DNA of 64,000 bases, taken from positions 18,195 to 82,194 of the forward strand of contig CAZLFZ010000002.1 of the NCBI GenBank assembly GCA_964559215.1, given 5' to 3'. Made by a program: the position numbers and the translations under genes. Each line of letters starts with the position of its first letter. Within the stretch, counting starts at the first letter, position 1. Positions 29,524 to 38,275 of the stretch are shown piece by piece. Below the pieces are notes generated by a model. The model saw only the letters and a list, made by a program, of their open reading frames with translations. It searched no databases and had not been told where the DNA came from. The DNA comes from an uncultured archaeon (lineage in GTDB: Archaea; Aenigmatarchaeota; Aenigmatarchaeia; QMZP01; JAFGSV01).

Positions 29524-30037
29524 TTGGCTGGGAACTATCAAGATAGCTGATACTCCGGCCACGGACTCCAAGTTGATTAAAGGCAGGGTATTTGAAATCC
29601 CTGTATCCGAGCTGACGAAAGACCAGTCAAAGTATTACACGAGGATCAGCTTAAAAGCGGAAAAGCCTCATGAGGGGAAAGTTCCAACCAAGTTCCATTC
29701 ATTTTTCTGCGTGAATGAATACGTAATGAGGATGGGCAGAAAAGGCCTGGGAAAGGTTGCTGTTTTTGCTAATGTGGAAACAAAGGACAAGTGGCAACTG
29801 CAAGTGAGCGTCGTTGCTGTCCTTAACAGGAGGGCAAATGCCGAAATAAAGAAAAGGGTCCGGGAATTCGTCTCCAAGCTTGTAGAATCAAAGGCTGTGG
29901 ATCTGAACCATGACGATTTCGTAAGGGCTGCCATGGCCGGTGTTTTTCAGATGAGGATAAAGAAGGGCGCCAGCAAGATATATCCGGTCCGGTTCGCTGA
30001 AGTGATAAAGATAGAGACGCTGAAAAGCGGGGAGTAG
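29438..30037 (+). CDS. rps3ae: Ribosomal protein S3Ae (eS1)
   Basis: MAAPKKKLSKK...KDWFTILAPDWLG...GRVFEI. Confidence 0.85.
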   Translation: MAAPKKKLSKKAAEKKWKGKDWFTILAPDWLGTIKIADTPATDSKLIKGRVFEIPVSELTKDQSKYYTRISLKAEKPHEGKVPTKFHSFFCVNEYVMRMGRKGLGKVAVFANVETKDKWQLQVSVVAVLNRRANAEIKKRVREFVSKLVESKAVDLNHDDFVRAAMAGVFQMRIKKGASKIYPVRFAEVIKIETLKSGE

Positions 30038-30046
30038 TCCTTTGCT

Positions 30047-31378
30047 TTACCGGTATTTCTTCCCAGAACTGCCATATTGCTTAACCAAGCCGCTCATGGA
30101 CGTGATGTCCAAGACGTCTTCATTTTCACCAAGATAGTTGCCGGAAAACTTGCCGTAATCGCTTTTTCTCTCGGCCCTTTTCCCTTCGGTTACTGGTTCA
30201 TCGGATATCAAAGGTCCGGAAATATTTCTTCCCACACTTTCCATATGGGAGTCTGAAAGATTCACCGGAGCCTGTCCTGATGAGGATGCCCTGAACTTCC
30301 AAAGAAGACGGCCATCCGTAGTGACAGCGTAAAGGCAGCAATCCCAAGAACCGAAGTAAATGACGTTTCTGCTGAGAAAGGGTGAAGAAGATGCAACCCC
30401 CTGGGTCTTGAATTTCCAGACGAGTTTCCCTTCTATATTTAAGGCGTAAAGATTTTCATCGCATGAGCACAAGTATATCATCTTTTCCGTTATAACAGGA
30501 TAACCATAGATTATGTTTCTTGTTCGAAATTTCCATACAAATTGTCCGCTAAGAGCGTTCAGCTTGTACAGGTTATGATCAGAACATCCAAAATAAACAC
30601 TGTTTTCATGTACGACGGGTTTTGATGCAACGGGACCGCTCGTTCTGAATTTCCACAAGAGATTTCCGTCGGGGGAGAGGGCATAAAGATTTCTGTCAGT
30701 TGAGGGGAGATAGATGATGCCATTGCACGTCTCCACAGGCTCTACGATGAAATCGTTTGTTTTGAATTTCCACAGCAGCCTGCCTTGCTCTGTCACAGCG
30801 TACAGGTTTTTGTCAAAGGAACCGAAGTATATGTTGCCGTCGGCCCAGGCAGGGGAAGGCGATACGGCACCGTGCGTCCAGAATTTCCAGATCAATTTCC
30901 CATTATCCGCATCCACCGCGTACATATTCTGGTCCCTGGAGCCGAAATACACAACGCCGTTTTTGATCATGGGTGTGGAATTGACCATGTCCCTGGTCTT
31001 GAACTTCCACAGCAAATCTCCGTTCATATCCAGGCAGTACAGGAAGTGATCATAAGAGCCGAAATAGATCTTATTGTCATGAATCGTGCAGGACCTGCCG
31101 ACGCACACAGGGCCGTCTGTCCTGACTTTCCACTTGAGATTCCCTGTCTCAGCATCCACGGCATAGAAATTCTTGTCGCATGCCCCGAAGTATACCATTC
31201 CATTAAGCACAACGGGATTCGAGCAAATACTGCCTCCCTCCCCAATCCTGAATATGGCGTCCCTTTCGGTTTCCCGCAACACCGCCAAAACGTCGAACAT
31301 CCCCAGTTCCTTGGCTAGTGACCGGTCTACGAAATCGCTGCCATTAGCTTCAAATACGGAATCAATGTACCTCGGCAT
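30047..31378 (-). CDS. PQQ-repeat beta-propeller protein
   Basis: Repeated motif YFGSxDxNLYAV...GxLLWKFKT across about eight blades; no signal peptide. Confidence 0.7.
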   Translation of the reverse strand: MPRYIDSVFEANGSDFVDRSLAKELGMFDVLAVLRETERDAIFRIGEGGSICSNPVVLNGMVYFGACDKNFYAVDAETGNLKWKVRTDGPVCVGRSCTIHDNKIYFGSYDHFLYCLDMNGDLLWKFKTRDMVNSTPMIKNGVVYFGSRDQNMYAVDADNGKLIWKFWTHGAVSPSPAWADGNIYFGSFDKNLYAVTEQGRLLWKFKTNDFIVEPVETCNGIIYLPSTDRNLYALSPDGNLLWKFRTSGPVASKPVVHENSVYFGCSDHNLYKLNALSGQFVWKFRTRNIIYGYPVITEKMIYLCSCDENLYALNIEGKLVWKFKTQGVASSSPFLSRNVIYFGSWDCCLYAVTTDGRLLWKFRASSSGQAPVNLSDSHMESVGRNISGPLISDEPVTEGKRAERKSDYGKFSGNYLGENEDVLDITSMSGLVKQYGSSGKKYR

Positions 31379-31465
31379 GTTTGATAATCCCCCTAAGAAC
31401 GTTATTAAATTTATTTCCCCTGTACAGGGTATATATTTAAAAAGATAAAGACGGGAAATAACAGT

Positions 31466-32236
31466 ATGGAAGCTGAAAAATTGGTCAGACTCGGCCTGAC
31501 CGGGGGGGAAGCGTCCGTTTACCTTGCCTTGCTTGAATCCGGGTCCTCGACGGTGGGACCCGTAGTGAAAAAATCTGGTGTTGCGTATTCAAATGTCTAC
31601 GAAATCCTGCAAAGGCTGACGAAGAAGGGCCTCGTCAGCTTCATAGTGAAATCAAAGACCAGGTATTTCCAGGCGGCCGAACCGACGAGGCTCCATGATT
31701 ACCTCGAGCGCAAAGAAAGGGAAATCAGACTGGAAAGGAAACTGGTTGAGCGTCTGATACCAGAGTTGTCAGGGCTTTCCAGGCTTAAAGGGAAAAAACT
31801 CGAAGCGGAGGTGTTCACTGGTTTTAAGGGGATGAACACCGCTTACGAAAAAATAATGGCCGACTACAGCCCTGATTATGATTACGCATTTTTCTACGGA
31901 CCTGGCAGTGAAAATGTGACGAAGGTTGACAGGTTTTTTCTGAATTTTGAAAAAAGGGTTTACATCAAACTTGGCGTCATAATGAGAGGCATTGTCAGCA
32001 AAGATTATTACCTGAGCTCCACGTTTATTAAAAAATCCAAGCTGTTAAAGTCCAAAGTTTGGGAAATCGGGTACGTCGATTTTCCTGTTCCGGGCAATAT
32101 CGACGTATACAAGGACAGGTTGCTGATAGCATCCTGGTCGGGCCCGATGATCGCGGTGCTGATCCATTCGAATGATATCGCTGAAGGCTTCATGGAATAC
32201 TTTAAATCGGTCTGGAAAATCGCGAAGAAATGTTAA
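31466..32236 (+). CDS. TrmB-family transcriptional regulator
   Basis: N-terminal winged helix LGLTGGEASVYLALLESG...VYEILQRLTKKGLV plus a C-terminal TrmB-like domain. Confidence 0.7.
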   Translation: MEAEKLVRLGLTGGEASVYLALLESGSSTVGPVVKKSGVAYSNVYEILQRLTKKGLVSFIVKSKTRYFQAAEPTRLHDYLERKEREIRLERKLVERLIPELSGLSRLKGKKLEAEVFTGFKGMNTAYEKIMADYSPDYDYAFFYGPGSENVTKVDRFFLNFEKRVYIKLGVIMRGIVSKDYYLSSTFIKKSKLLKSKVWEIGYVDFPVPGNIDVYKDRLLIASWSGPMIAVLIHSNDIAEGFMEYFKSVWKIAKKC

Positions 32237-32265
32237 TCTAAAGGAACTTCAATCTAAAAGCATGT

Positions 32266-32463
32266 TTAGTGCCCTTTCGTCGCGACTGCTACCGATATCC
32301 AGCAGAGCCCCGCAAGCAGAAAGAGAACAAGAGAAGCCAACAAAGCGATAGAATAGGAAATATCGGTAACACCGATTGTAAGCTCGAGGTTGCTCGTTAT
32401 CCAAGTGCCTGCAAGCAACAGCAGGCCGCCGATAATCCATACAAGGACCAGTTTCACTTCCAT
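32266..32463 (-). CDS. Small membrane protein
   Basis: Two TM helices. Confidence 0.3.
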   Translation of the reverse strand: MEVKLVLVWIIGGLLLLAGTWITSNLELTIGVTDISYSIALLASLVLFLLAGLCWISVAVATKGH

Positions 32464-32485
32464 CTAAAAGAATGAGGGAAAAGTT

Positions 32486-33274
32486 TTAAATCTTTTCCAG
32501 TTTTTTCTTGAATTCTTCCGCCCTGCTCTGCAATATCTCAACTGCCTTGCTTACGATGTATCCTGGCTCAAGTCCCGATATGGATTCCACCCTGAATATG
32601 ATCTTGCTCTCGTCGCCCTTGAGTTCCACGCCCTTGGCATTCTCCATGCAGCTCCTGCACAGGTCGCACTTTGTCGGGTCTTTAAGAACGAGTTTGCTCC
32701 CTTTCATGGCCAGGATGCCCTTGGGGCAGGCCTTGATGGCATTTTTCATATCGGTTTTGCTTCCCTTGGCCGTAATCTGCGGGTAGTACTGGTAGCTGGC
32801 ATTCGCCGCTTGATGCTTAGCATGGCTGGTTCCAAGTCCCAGCCTTGCCACGGCTTCTAGGCGCACGCTATGTCCCTCCAGCAGATCCACTATGGGTATG
32901 TTGGGGTCGATGGAAGCGACTTTTTTGTCCGATGAGACGAGATCGCCGGAGACCGCCAGTCCGGGGCCCTTTTTGTCAAGAACAAAAACAACCTGGCATA
33001 AAGGACAACCCTTTCCCTTGCATTCGCAATCGTCGGTGAAATTGAATTTATTCGGATCGAATTTCAATGGGATAAGGCCAAGCCTGTGGGACAAGACCTC
33101 GTCGAACAATGCCGAATTGTTCTCGTGGATGTCCGCCCATTGCACGGCCAGTGTGGGCACCTCGGATATCATTATCCTTCTGAGGCTGTTTGCAAACGCC
33201 GGGTCGGTGCCTTCCAGCAGGAATTGCAGCTTCGCCCCTTTCTTGCTGAGAATCTTTACTTTCAGTCGAATCAC
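32486..33274 (-). CDS. rpoD: DNA-directed RNA polymerase subunit D (Rpo3) with a Cys-rich Fe-S-type insertion
   Basis: LEGTDPAFANSLRRIMISEVPTLA; cysteine cluster CECKGKGCPLC...C...CDLCRSC. Confidence 0.8.
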   Translation of the reverse strand: MIRLKVKILSKKGAKLQFLLEGTDPAFANSLRRIMISEVPTLAVQWADIHENNSALFDEVLSHRLGLIPLKFDPNKFNFTDDCECKGKGCPLCQVVFVLDKKGPGLAVSGDLVSSDKKVASIDPNIPIVDLLEGHSVRLEAVARLGLGTSHAKHQAANASYQYYPQITAKGSKTDMKNAIKACPKGILAMKGSKLVLKDPTKCDLCRSCMENAKGVELKGDESKIIFRVESISGLEPGYIVSKAVEILQSRAEEFKKKLEKI

Positions 33275-33376
33275 CTTTGGACCTCGGGAAATACATTAAA
33301 TTAAATATCTTATATATAAACTTTATTAGTTTTAAAACTTTAGACCCAATAACAATTTAAACATTGCGTAAATGTT

Positions 33377-33599
33377 GCGGGGGTACCCGAGTGGTCAAAG
33401 GGGCACGATTCCAATAATCGCGGTTATTGGGATGCCAAGCTAAGGACCGTGTGGCTTAGTACATGCGTTGGGTGATGCCCAACGACTGTGTAAGATGCCT
33501 TCCTGGGTTCGAATGCCCGCTTTTTCCAGGAGCTGCCGCGTCCCCTTAAAAGTGGGCGAGCAAAAATGGAAAAGCAGGCTGGGAATCCCAGCCCCCGCA
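33377..33599 (+). tRNA. Class-II (long variable arm) tRNA gene with at least two introns, probably tRNA-Leu (anticodon CAA is tentative)
   Basis: Hand-folded. 5' acceptor GCGGGGG, T8 A9, 3-bp D-stem CCC/GGG with a GAGTGGTCAAAG loop. T-arm CTGGG-TTCGAAT is interrupted by an approximately 72-nt intron (33515-33586) and resumes as CCCAG plus acceptor CCCCCGC plus A. A further approximately 63-nt insert between GATGCC repeats lies in the anticodon/variable region. Confidence 0.5.
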
Positions 33600-33816
33600 T
33601 ATCATTTCTTTTGTTTGTGCGAGATTATTGAACTATTGAACCCGAAATGCGGAATGAAAGGCAAAATTTTGATCCGTTAAAGTAGATGAGATTATGATTA
33701 TCCTATCGAGTTCAGTGACACACAGCAATAATTTGAGCAGAAAACGATGCCGCGCGATTATGTTTACGGGAATGCTGGAAAGAAATTACGCCACAAGAAT
33801 CGCGTTATAACAGCAA

Positions 33817-35460
33817 ATGAAATTATTTAACCGTCTCGAACCAATTAGATTTATGGACTGGTACTTGGTTTCGGTTCTGGTTTTCGTCGCGATTCTTGCC
33901 GCGCTTGTCTATCGGGACAGGCGAAAATTCACCAGAGAGTCGATTTTTCTGTTGAGAAGAACCAAGAGGGGCAGGGGGTTGATTATAAAATTGGGCACCA
34001 GGTTCCCAAGAGGCTGGCGTCTCGTTGGCTACGTGTCTGTCGCCACGGGCTTCATAGTCTCTGTGCTTGGCCTGAAGATGCTTGCTGACAACGTTGTAAA
34101 GGCTTTCGTATCCAAGGCGGCCGCCCCGAGCCTGGCCTTGCTCTTGCCTTCTCCGACCTCCCAGGCCGTATGGGGCTACGGCTTCCTCGCTGTGCCATTC
34201 TGGTACTGGATAATATGCCTGGCGCTGCTGGTCCTGGTGCACGAAGGCCTGCACGGCGTTTTTGCGGCAAGAGAACAGGTCAGGATAAAGTCACTGGGAT
34301 TCGGAATACTTGCGGTTATCCCCCTTGCCTTCGTGGAACCTGACGAGCGTCAGCTGGAGAAAAAGGGTGTCTGGCCCCAGCTGAGGGTTTTCTCTGCAGG
34401 CTCCTTCGCGAATTTCATGCTCGCTGGTCTTACGTTTCTGATTATCATATGGATGTCCAATGCCATATTTAGCGCGTCCGGGGTGGATTTTGGTTCCATG
34501 GGCAATCCTCCATACCCAGCTGCCCAGATAGAAATGCTCGACGTGGAAAAAATCGGCGACTATTCCGTGCATTCGATAGACGACATCAAAAACAGTCTGG
34601 CGATGTTTGGCGAAAACGACACCATAGAGATAAAAACAGCGAACAACACCTTTTATCTGCGCAAGTCCCTCTTTGTCATCCAGATGAACGAAAGTCAGGG
34701 GAAATTAATAGTGTTCGAGGACTACCCTGCCGTCAGGGCCGGCCTGGAAGGCACCATAATCAAAATAGATGATCACGATATAAAAGACTACCTGGACCTT
34801 TCGCTCGCCTTGGAGAAAACAGGTCCCGGTCAGCCTGTAACGGTTGTGACCAAAGTTGACGATGAGGAACACGTATCTACTCTCACCCCTATTATAAAGC
34901 CCTTGCCCCCCCCTTACGAGCCTGACGCCTGGATTCATTTTTTTGGTGTGATGGAGCATGCAATACCGGGCACCATAGAATTTTATCATTCTGCTGGCGA
35001 AGCATGGGCAGGATTGGTGGGTCAGAGGACAGGGATAACATGGGACCATATCCAGTACAAGATGGGTTTGTGGGAATGGGTTTCCAGCAACTACCCTCTT
35101 CTCGAGGGCAGGGCCGACCTGGAAATGGACCGCCTGCGGGCGATGCTCGAGTCCCACCCAAGGCCGGGCTTCATAGGCATAACAGGTGTGACTAGTAACT
35201 ACGAATTGAAGGCAAGCCTTGAGCCCGCAAGACCGCCCTTAGAGTTCATCGAGGGTCTGCTCTTCTTCTTGTTCATGATAAATCTGGGAGTCGGTATCGT
35301 AAACTTGCTGCCTATCAAGCCTCTGGACGGCGGCAGGATGTGGGACGTGGTTTTGCATAGGTATGTCCCGAGATATTCCAAGAGAATAATTAAAGCATTG
35401 GGGATTTTCACCTTGCTCCTGCTCGTAGCAAACTTCATCCCTTTCGGCGCTTTGCTTTAA
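33817..35460 (+). CDS. Site-2 protease (M50 family metalloprotease, RseP-like) with PDZ domains
   Basis: HEGLHG (HExxH) in a TM segment; LLPIKPLDGGRM motif; multi-pass membrane protein. Confidence 0.8.
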   Translation: MKLFNRLEPIRFMDWYLVSVLVFVAILAALVYRDRRKFTRESIFLLRRTKRGRGLIIKLGTRFPRGWRLVGYVSVATGFIVSVLGLKMLADNVVKAFVSKAAAPSLALLLPSPTSQAVWGYGFLAVPFWYWIICLALLVLVHEGLHGVFAAREQVRIKSLGFGILAVIPLAFVEPDERQLEKKGVWPQLRVFSAGSFANFMLAGLTFLIIIWMSNAIFSASGVDFGSMGNPPYPAAQIEMLDVEKIGDYSVHSIDDIKNSLAMFGENDTIEIKTANNTFYLRKSLFVIQMNESQGKLIVFEDYPAVRAGLEGTIIKIDDHDIKDYLDLSLALEKTGPGQPVTVVTKVDDEEHVSTLTPIIKPLPPPYEPDAWIHFFGVMEHAIPGTIEFYHSAGEAWAGLVGQRTGITWDHIQYKMGLWEWVSSNYPLLEGRADLEMDRLRAMLESHPRPGFIGITGVTSNYELKASLEPARPPLEFIEGLLFFLFMINLGVGIVNLLPIKPLDGGRMWDVVLHRYVPRYSKRIIKALGIFTLLLLVANFIPFGALL

Positions 35461-35485
35461 ATTCGGGTGAAAACAAGAAATTCAT

Positions 35486-36487
35486 ATGAATGCGCTTTTT
35501 TCCTTGGCTTTTTGCCTGGTCTTGTCATTCGCATTCGTTGCGCTGTTTAAAAGGTTCCGCATCTCCGCCGTATTGGGCATGATCGTTGCGGGGATCATCG
35601 CGGGCCTTGGCTTTTTCAGGATCACCTTCCTGGAACCCAACATCGACCTTATTCTAAGCCTCGGGGACGTAGGCCTTTTGTCCATAATGTTCCTTGCTGG
35701 AATGGAGATATCGTGGAGCATGCTGTACAAAGAAAAAGGGGATGCTGCCTTGGTTGCGCTTTTCTCGGCCACGATACCTTTTCTTTTGGGATTTCTGACA
35801 TTCATGCTCCTTGGCTTCGGCTTGCAGGTTTCCCTTTTCGTGGGAATATGCATGAGCATAACCGCAGAGGCCACGAAAGCCAAGGTGCTGGTGGAAATGA
35901 AAAAGCTGCGTACAAAGATAGGCTCGCTCATGATGGGCGTGGGCATTCTGGACGACATCTTCGGATTGGGTCTCTTCATATTGCTTGGTTATTTCTTCTC
36001 TGCCGGCTTTGCCGTGAAAGAGGCCATGGTGCTGTCCGGTGCTGTTCTGGCTTTCTTTGGTGGGGTTTTCGTTCACAAGCAGATAGGCAGAACGAAAAAG
36101 AAAATCACCGAGCTGGAAAAAATCCTCTTTTACTTCGTTTCCCCCTTCTTTTACGTGGCAATGGGGATAAACTTCAGTGCCTTGTCGATAATCCTTGAGC
36201 CGAGCCTGCTGTTAATAATCATAATCGTTGCCTTTCTGGGCAAAATGTCAGGAACAATGCTTACAATGCCCTTCACAAAACTCAAGGTGAAACAGCTATA
36301 TCTTATGGGGTTGGGGATGAACAGCAGAGGCGCCGTCGAGCTGGCACTGGCCTTCATGGCATTCAGGGCGGGTTTCTTGCCCGTCGGTGTTTATTCCGGC
36401 TTGATCGTAATGGCCTTGATCACGACCCTGCTTTTCCCGCTTTTCTTTAACAGACTTGTCAGCAAGAATCCAAGGATCATGGACTGA
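35486..36487 (+). CDS. Cation:proton antiporter family membrane protein (short CPA-type)
   Basis: About ten TM helices; Na+/H+-exchanger-like glycine-rich segments. Confidence 0.55.
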   Translation: MNALFSLAFCLVLSFAFVALFKRFRISAVLGMIVAGIIAGLGFFRITFLEPNIDLILSLGDVGLLSIMFLAGMEISWSMLYKEKGDAALVALFSATIPFLLGFLTFMLLGFGLQVSLFVGICMSITAEATKAKVLVEMKKLRTKIGSLMMGVGILDDIFGLGLFILLGYFFSAGFAVKEAMVLSGAVLAFFGGVFVHKQIGRTKKKITELEKILFYFVSPFFYVAMGINFSALSIILEPSLLLIIIIVAFLGKMSGTMLTMPFTKLKVKQLYLMGLGMNSRGAVELALAFMAFRAGFLPVGVYSGLIVMALITTLLFPLFFNRLVSKNPRIMD

Positions 36488-36589
36488 TCCCTGATATTCT
36501 GACGGCTAAACTAACGTCTGAACAAACTAGAAAATAAAATAAAAATTCTACATAAAAAAATTCTCAGCTTTCTCTGGTATCCGGGTATT

Positions 36590-36817
36590 TTACAACTCTT
36601 TTATCTGCTTCGCGACAAACTCCCTTATTTGAGCATCGTCAGGTATCGCTATGTTCCTCTTAAACCTCTTGCTCCCGTCAGGGAGATAGAAGCCCCTGGA
36701 AAGAGATATGAACTCGTTATCCCCTTCCTCTGTTACCGCTTTCTTTCTGGCGATCTCCAAAAAGTTGTTCTTGCCGAATTTAACTTCTTCTGCCTTTATC
36801 GTCTGGAATTCTACCAT
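36590..36817 (-). CDS. Hypothetical small protein
   Basis: 75 aa; no motif recognised; on the same strand downstream of rfcS. Confidence 0.3.
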   Translation of the reverse strand: MVEFQTIKAEEVKFGKNNFLEIARKKAVTEEGDNEFISLSRGFYLPDGSKRFKRNIAIPDDAQIREFVAKQIKEL

Positions 36818-36903
36818 TTCAAGACCTCCATGGTGTTTATTTGTATTTGGAGATTAGCACAGCAATTATATAAAGTTAACTGTTTAACTTGGAGAAAATT
36901 GTT

Positions 36904-37161
36904 TCAAGCAACCATTCTGTATATGTTAGCGGGTCTCTCTCCAGCGGGCATTGGGAATGGCCTCGCTTCCAAGAAATGGTTATCGACTAAAGTATCACAT
37001 GCAGCTTCAATAGCGTTTGCGCCTAATCTGCCAGCAGAAGGAGCTACATCATAATGACTGAAAAATCCACCTTCTTGATAACTCCTAGCAAGCACTTGGC
37101 CTATTTTTTCTCTGACTATACCTATTACATACAGCGCATCTTCAGCATTCGATCCTATCAT
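36904..37161 (-). CDS. Hypothetical protein in a lower-GC segment
   Basis: 85 aa; no motif recognised. Confidence 0.3.
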   Translation of the reverse strand: MIGSNAEDALYVIGIVREKIGQVLARSYQEGGFFSHYDVAPSAGRLGANAIEAACDTLVDNHFLEARPFPMPAGERPANIYRMVA

Positions 37162-37230
37162 ATTATGAAGATGTTGTGTAAAACTTTTAAAAGTTGTTAT
37201 TGGAAAAATTTGCTATTTTATGGACTTGTT

Positions 37231-38178
37231 TCACTTGTTAATCTTCATGAACTGCGCCAGCAGGGCCTCAAGCTGGACTTCAGGCGTTCCTCCCTGGTTG
37301 AGCCTGAACTCGTACTCACCGAGCTTTTCAATCAGTTGCAGCCTCTTTTTGTCATCGATCTCTAGCCGGAAGATCTGGGAATGCATGGCCCGGATGATGT
37401 CGTCACCAGCAAGTCCCTGGGAGATCAGCATGTCGTACAATCGCTTTCTCGCTTCTGCAAAGTTGCCTTTCAAAGCCAGTTGCACCATCTCGGCCACGTC
37501 CTCGGGCTTGACCTTGGCGACCACCTCGTATACGCCGTCCCTGTCAATCTTGGGCAAGGTTGAGCACGCCTGCAAGATGTTAAGGGACTTTCTCATGTCG
37601 CCAGCAGAAATCTCGAAAATGGCATCGTAGGCGTCTTCGCTGACCTTGAGCTTTTCTTCTTTGGCTATTCTGCTGAGATAGGTTTTCACGTCAGGCTTCT
37701 TCAGTCTCTTGAACCTGAAAACCGAGCACCTGGATTGCAGAGGCTCGATGATACGGCTCGAATAGTTGCACGAAAGGATAAATCTGCAGACGTCCGAGAA
37801 CCTCTCCATGGTCCTCCTCAGGGCTTGCTGGGCCTCGGGGGTGAGGGAATCCGATTCGTCCAGGAATATTATCTTGAAATCGCTGCCTATCGGCTTCATC
37901 CTGGCGAAGTCCTTTATCCGGCCCCTGACCACGTCTATCCCGCGCTGGTCACTCGCGTTGGTCTCCTGGAAGTTCTCTCTCCAGTGGGGACCGAACAGCT
38001 CCCTGGCAAGGCACAGCGCCGCCGTTGTCTTTCCAACGCCCGCGGAGCCCGCAAACAACATGTTGGGTATGCTGCCCTGTTTAACCCAGGCCTTGAGCCT
38101 GTCAACAACATGCACCTGGTTAACAATCTCGCCCAGTTTCTTGGGCCTGTATTTCTCGGTCCAAACCTGCAGAGACAT
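37231..38178 (-). CDS. rfcS: Replication factor C small subunit
   Basis: WTEKYRPKKLGEIVNQ; Walker A GSAGVGKTT; DESD box; SRC motif (LQSRCSVFRF); no intein. Confidence 0.9.
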   Translation of the reverse strand: MSLQVWTEKYRPKKLGEIVNQVHVVDRLKAWVKQGSIPNMLFAGSAGVGKTTAALCLARELFGPHWRENFQETNASDQRGIDVVRGRIKDFARMKPIGSDFKIIFLDESDSLTPEAQQALRRTMERFSDVCRFILSCNYSSRIIEPLQSRCSVFRFKRLKKPDVKTYLSRIAKEEKLKVSEDAYDAIFEISAGDMRKSLNILQACSTLPKIDRDGVYEVVAKVKPEDVAEMVQLALKGNFAEARKRLYDMLISQGLAGDDIIRAMHSQIFRLEIDDKKRLQLIEKLGEYEFRLNQGGTPEVQLEALLAQFMKINK

Positions 38179-38275
38179 AACAAAAATAATCCCTCGTGAT
38201 TTAAATTTGAATTGTTGTTTTAAAGCAGCGGCCCTGTATTAAAGCATAAATAATGCCCGCAAACTTATTATTATT

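Noticed and set aside
33468-33680. 70-aa ORF
   Set aside because: It lies inside the proposed T-loop intron and 3' exon of the multi-intron tRNA.
33377-33700. SRP (7S) RNA or RNase P RNA as an explanation for the structured non-coding region
   Set aside because: There is no GGUCCGGAAGGAAGCAG-like SRP motif and no RNase P CR-I to CR-V motifs. A tRNA 5' half and a matching 3' end are present instead.
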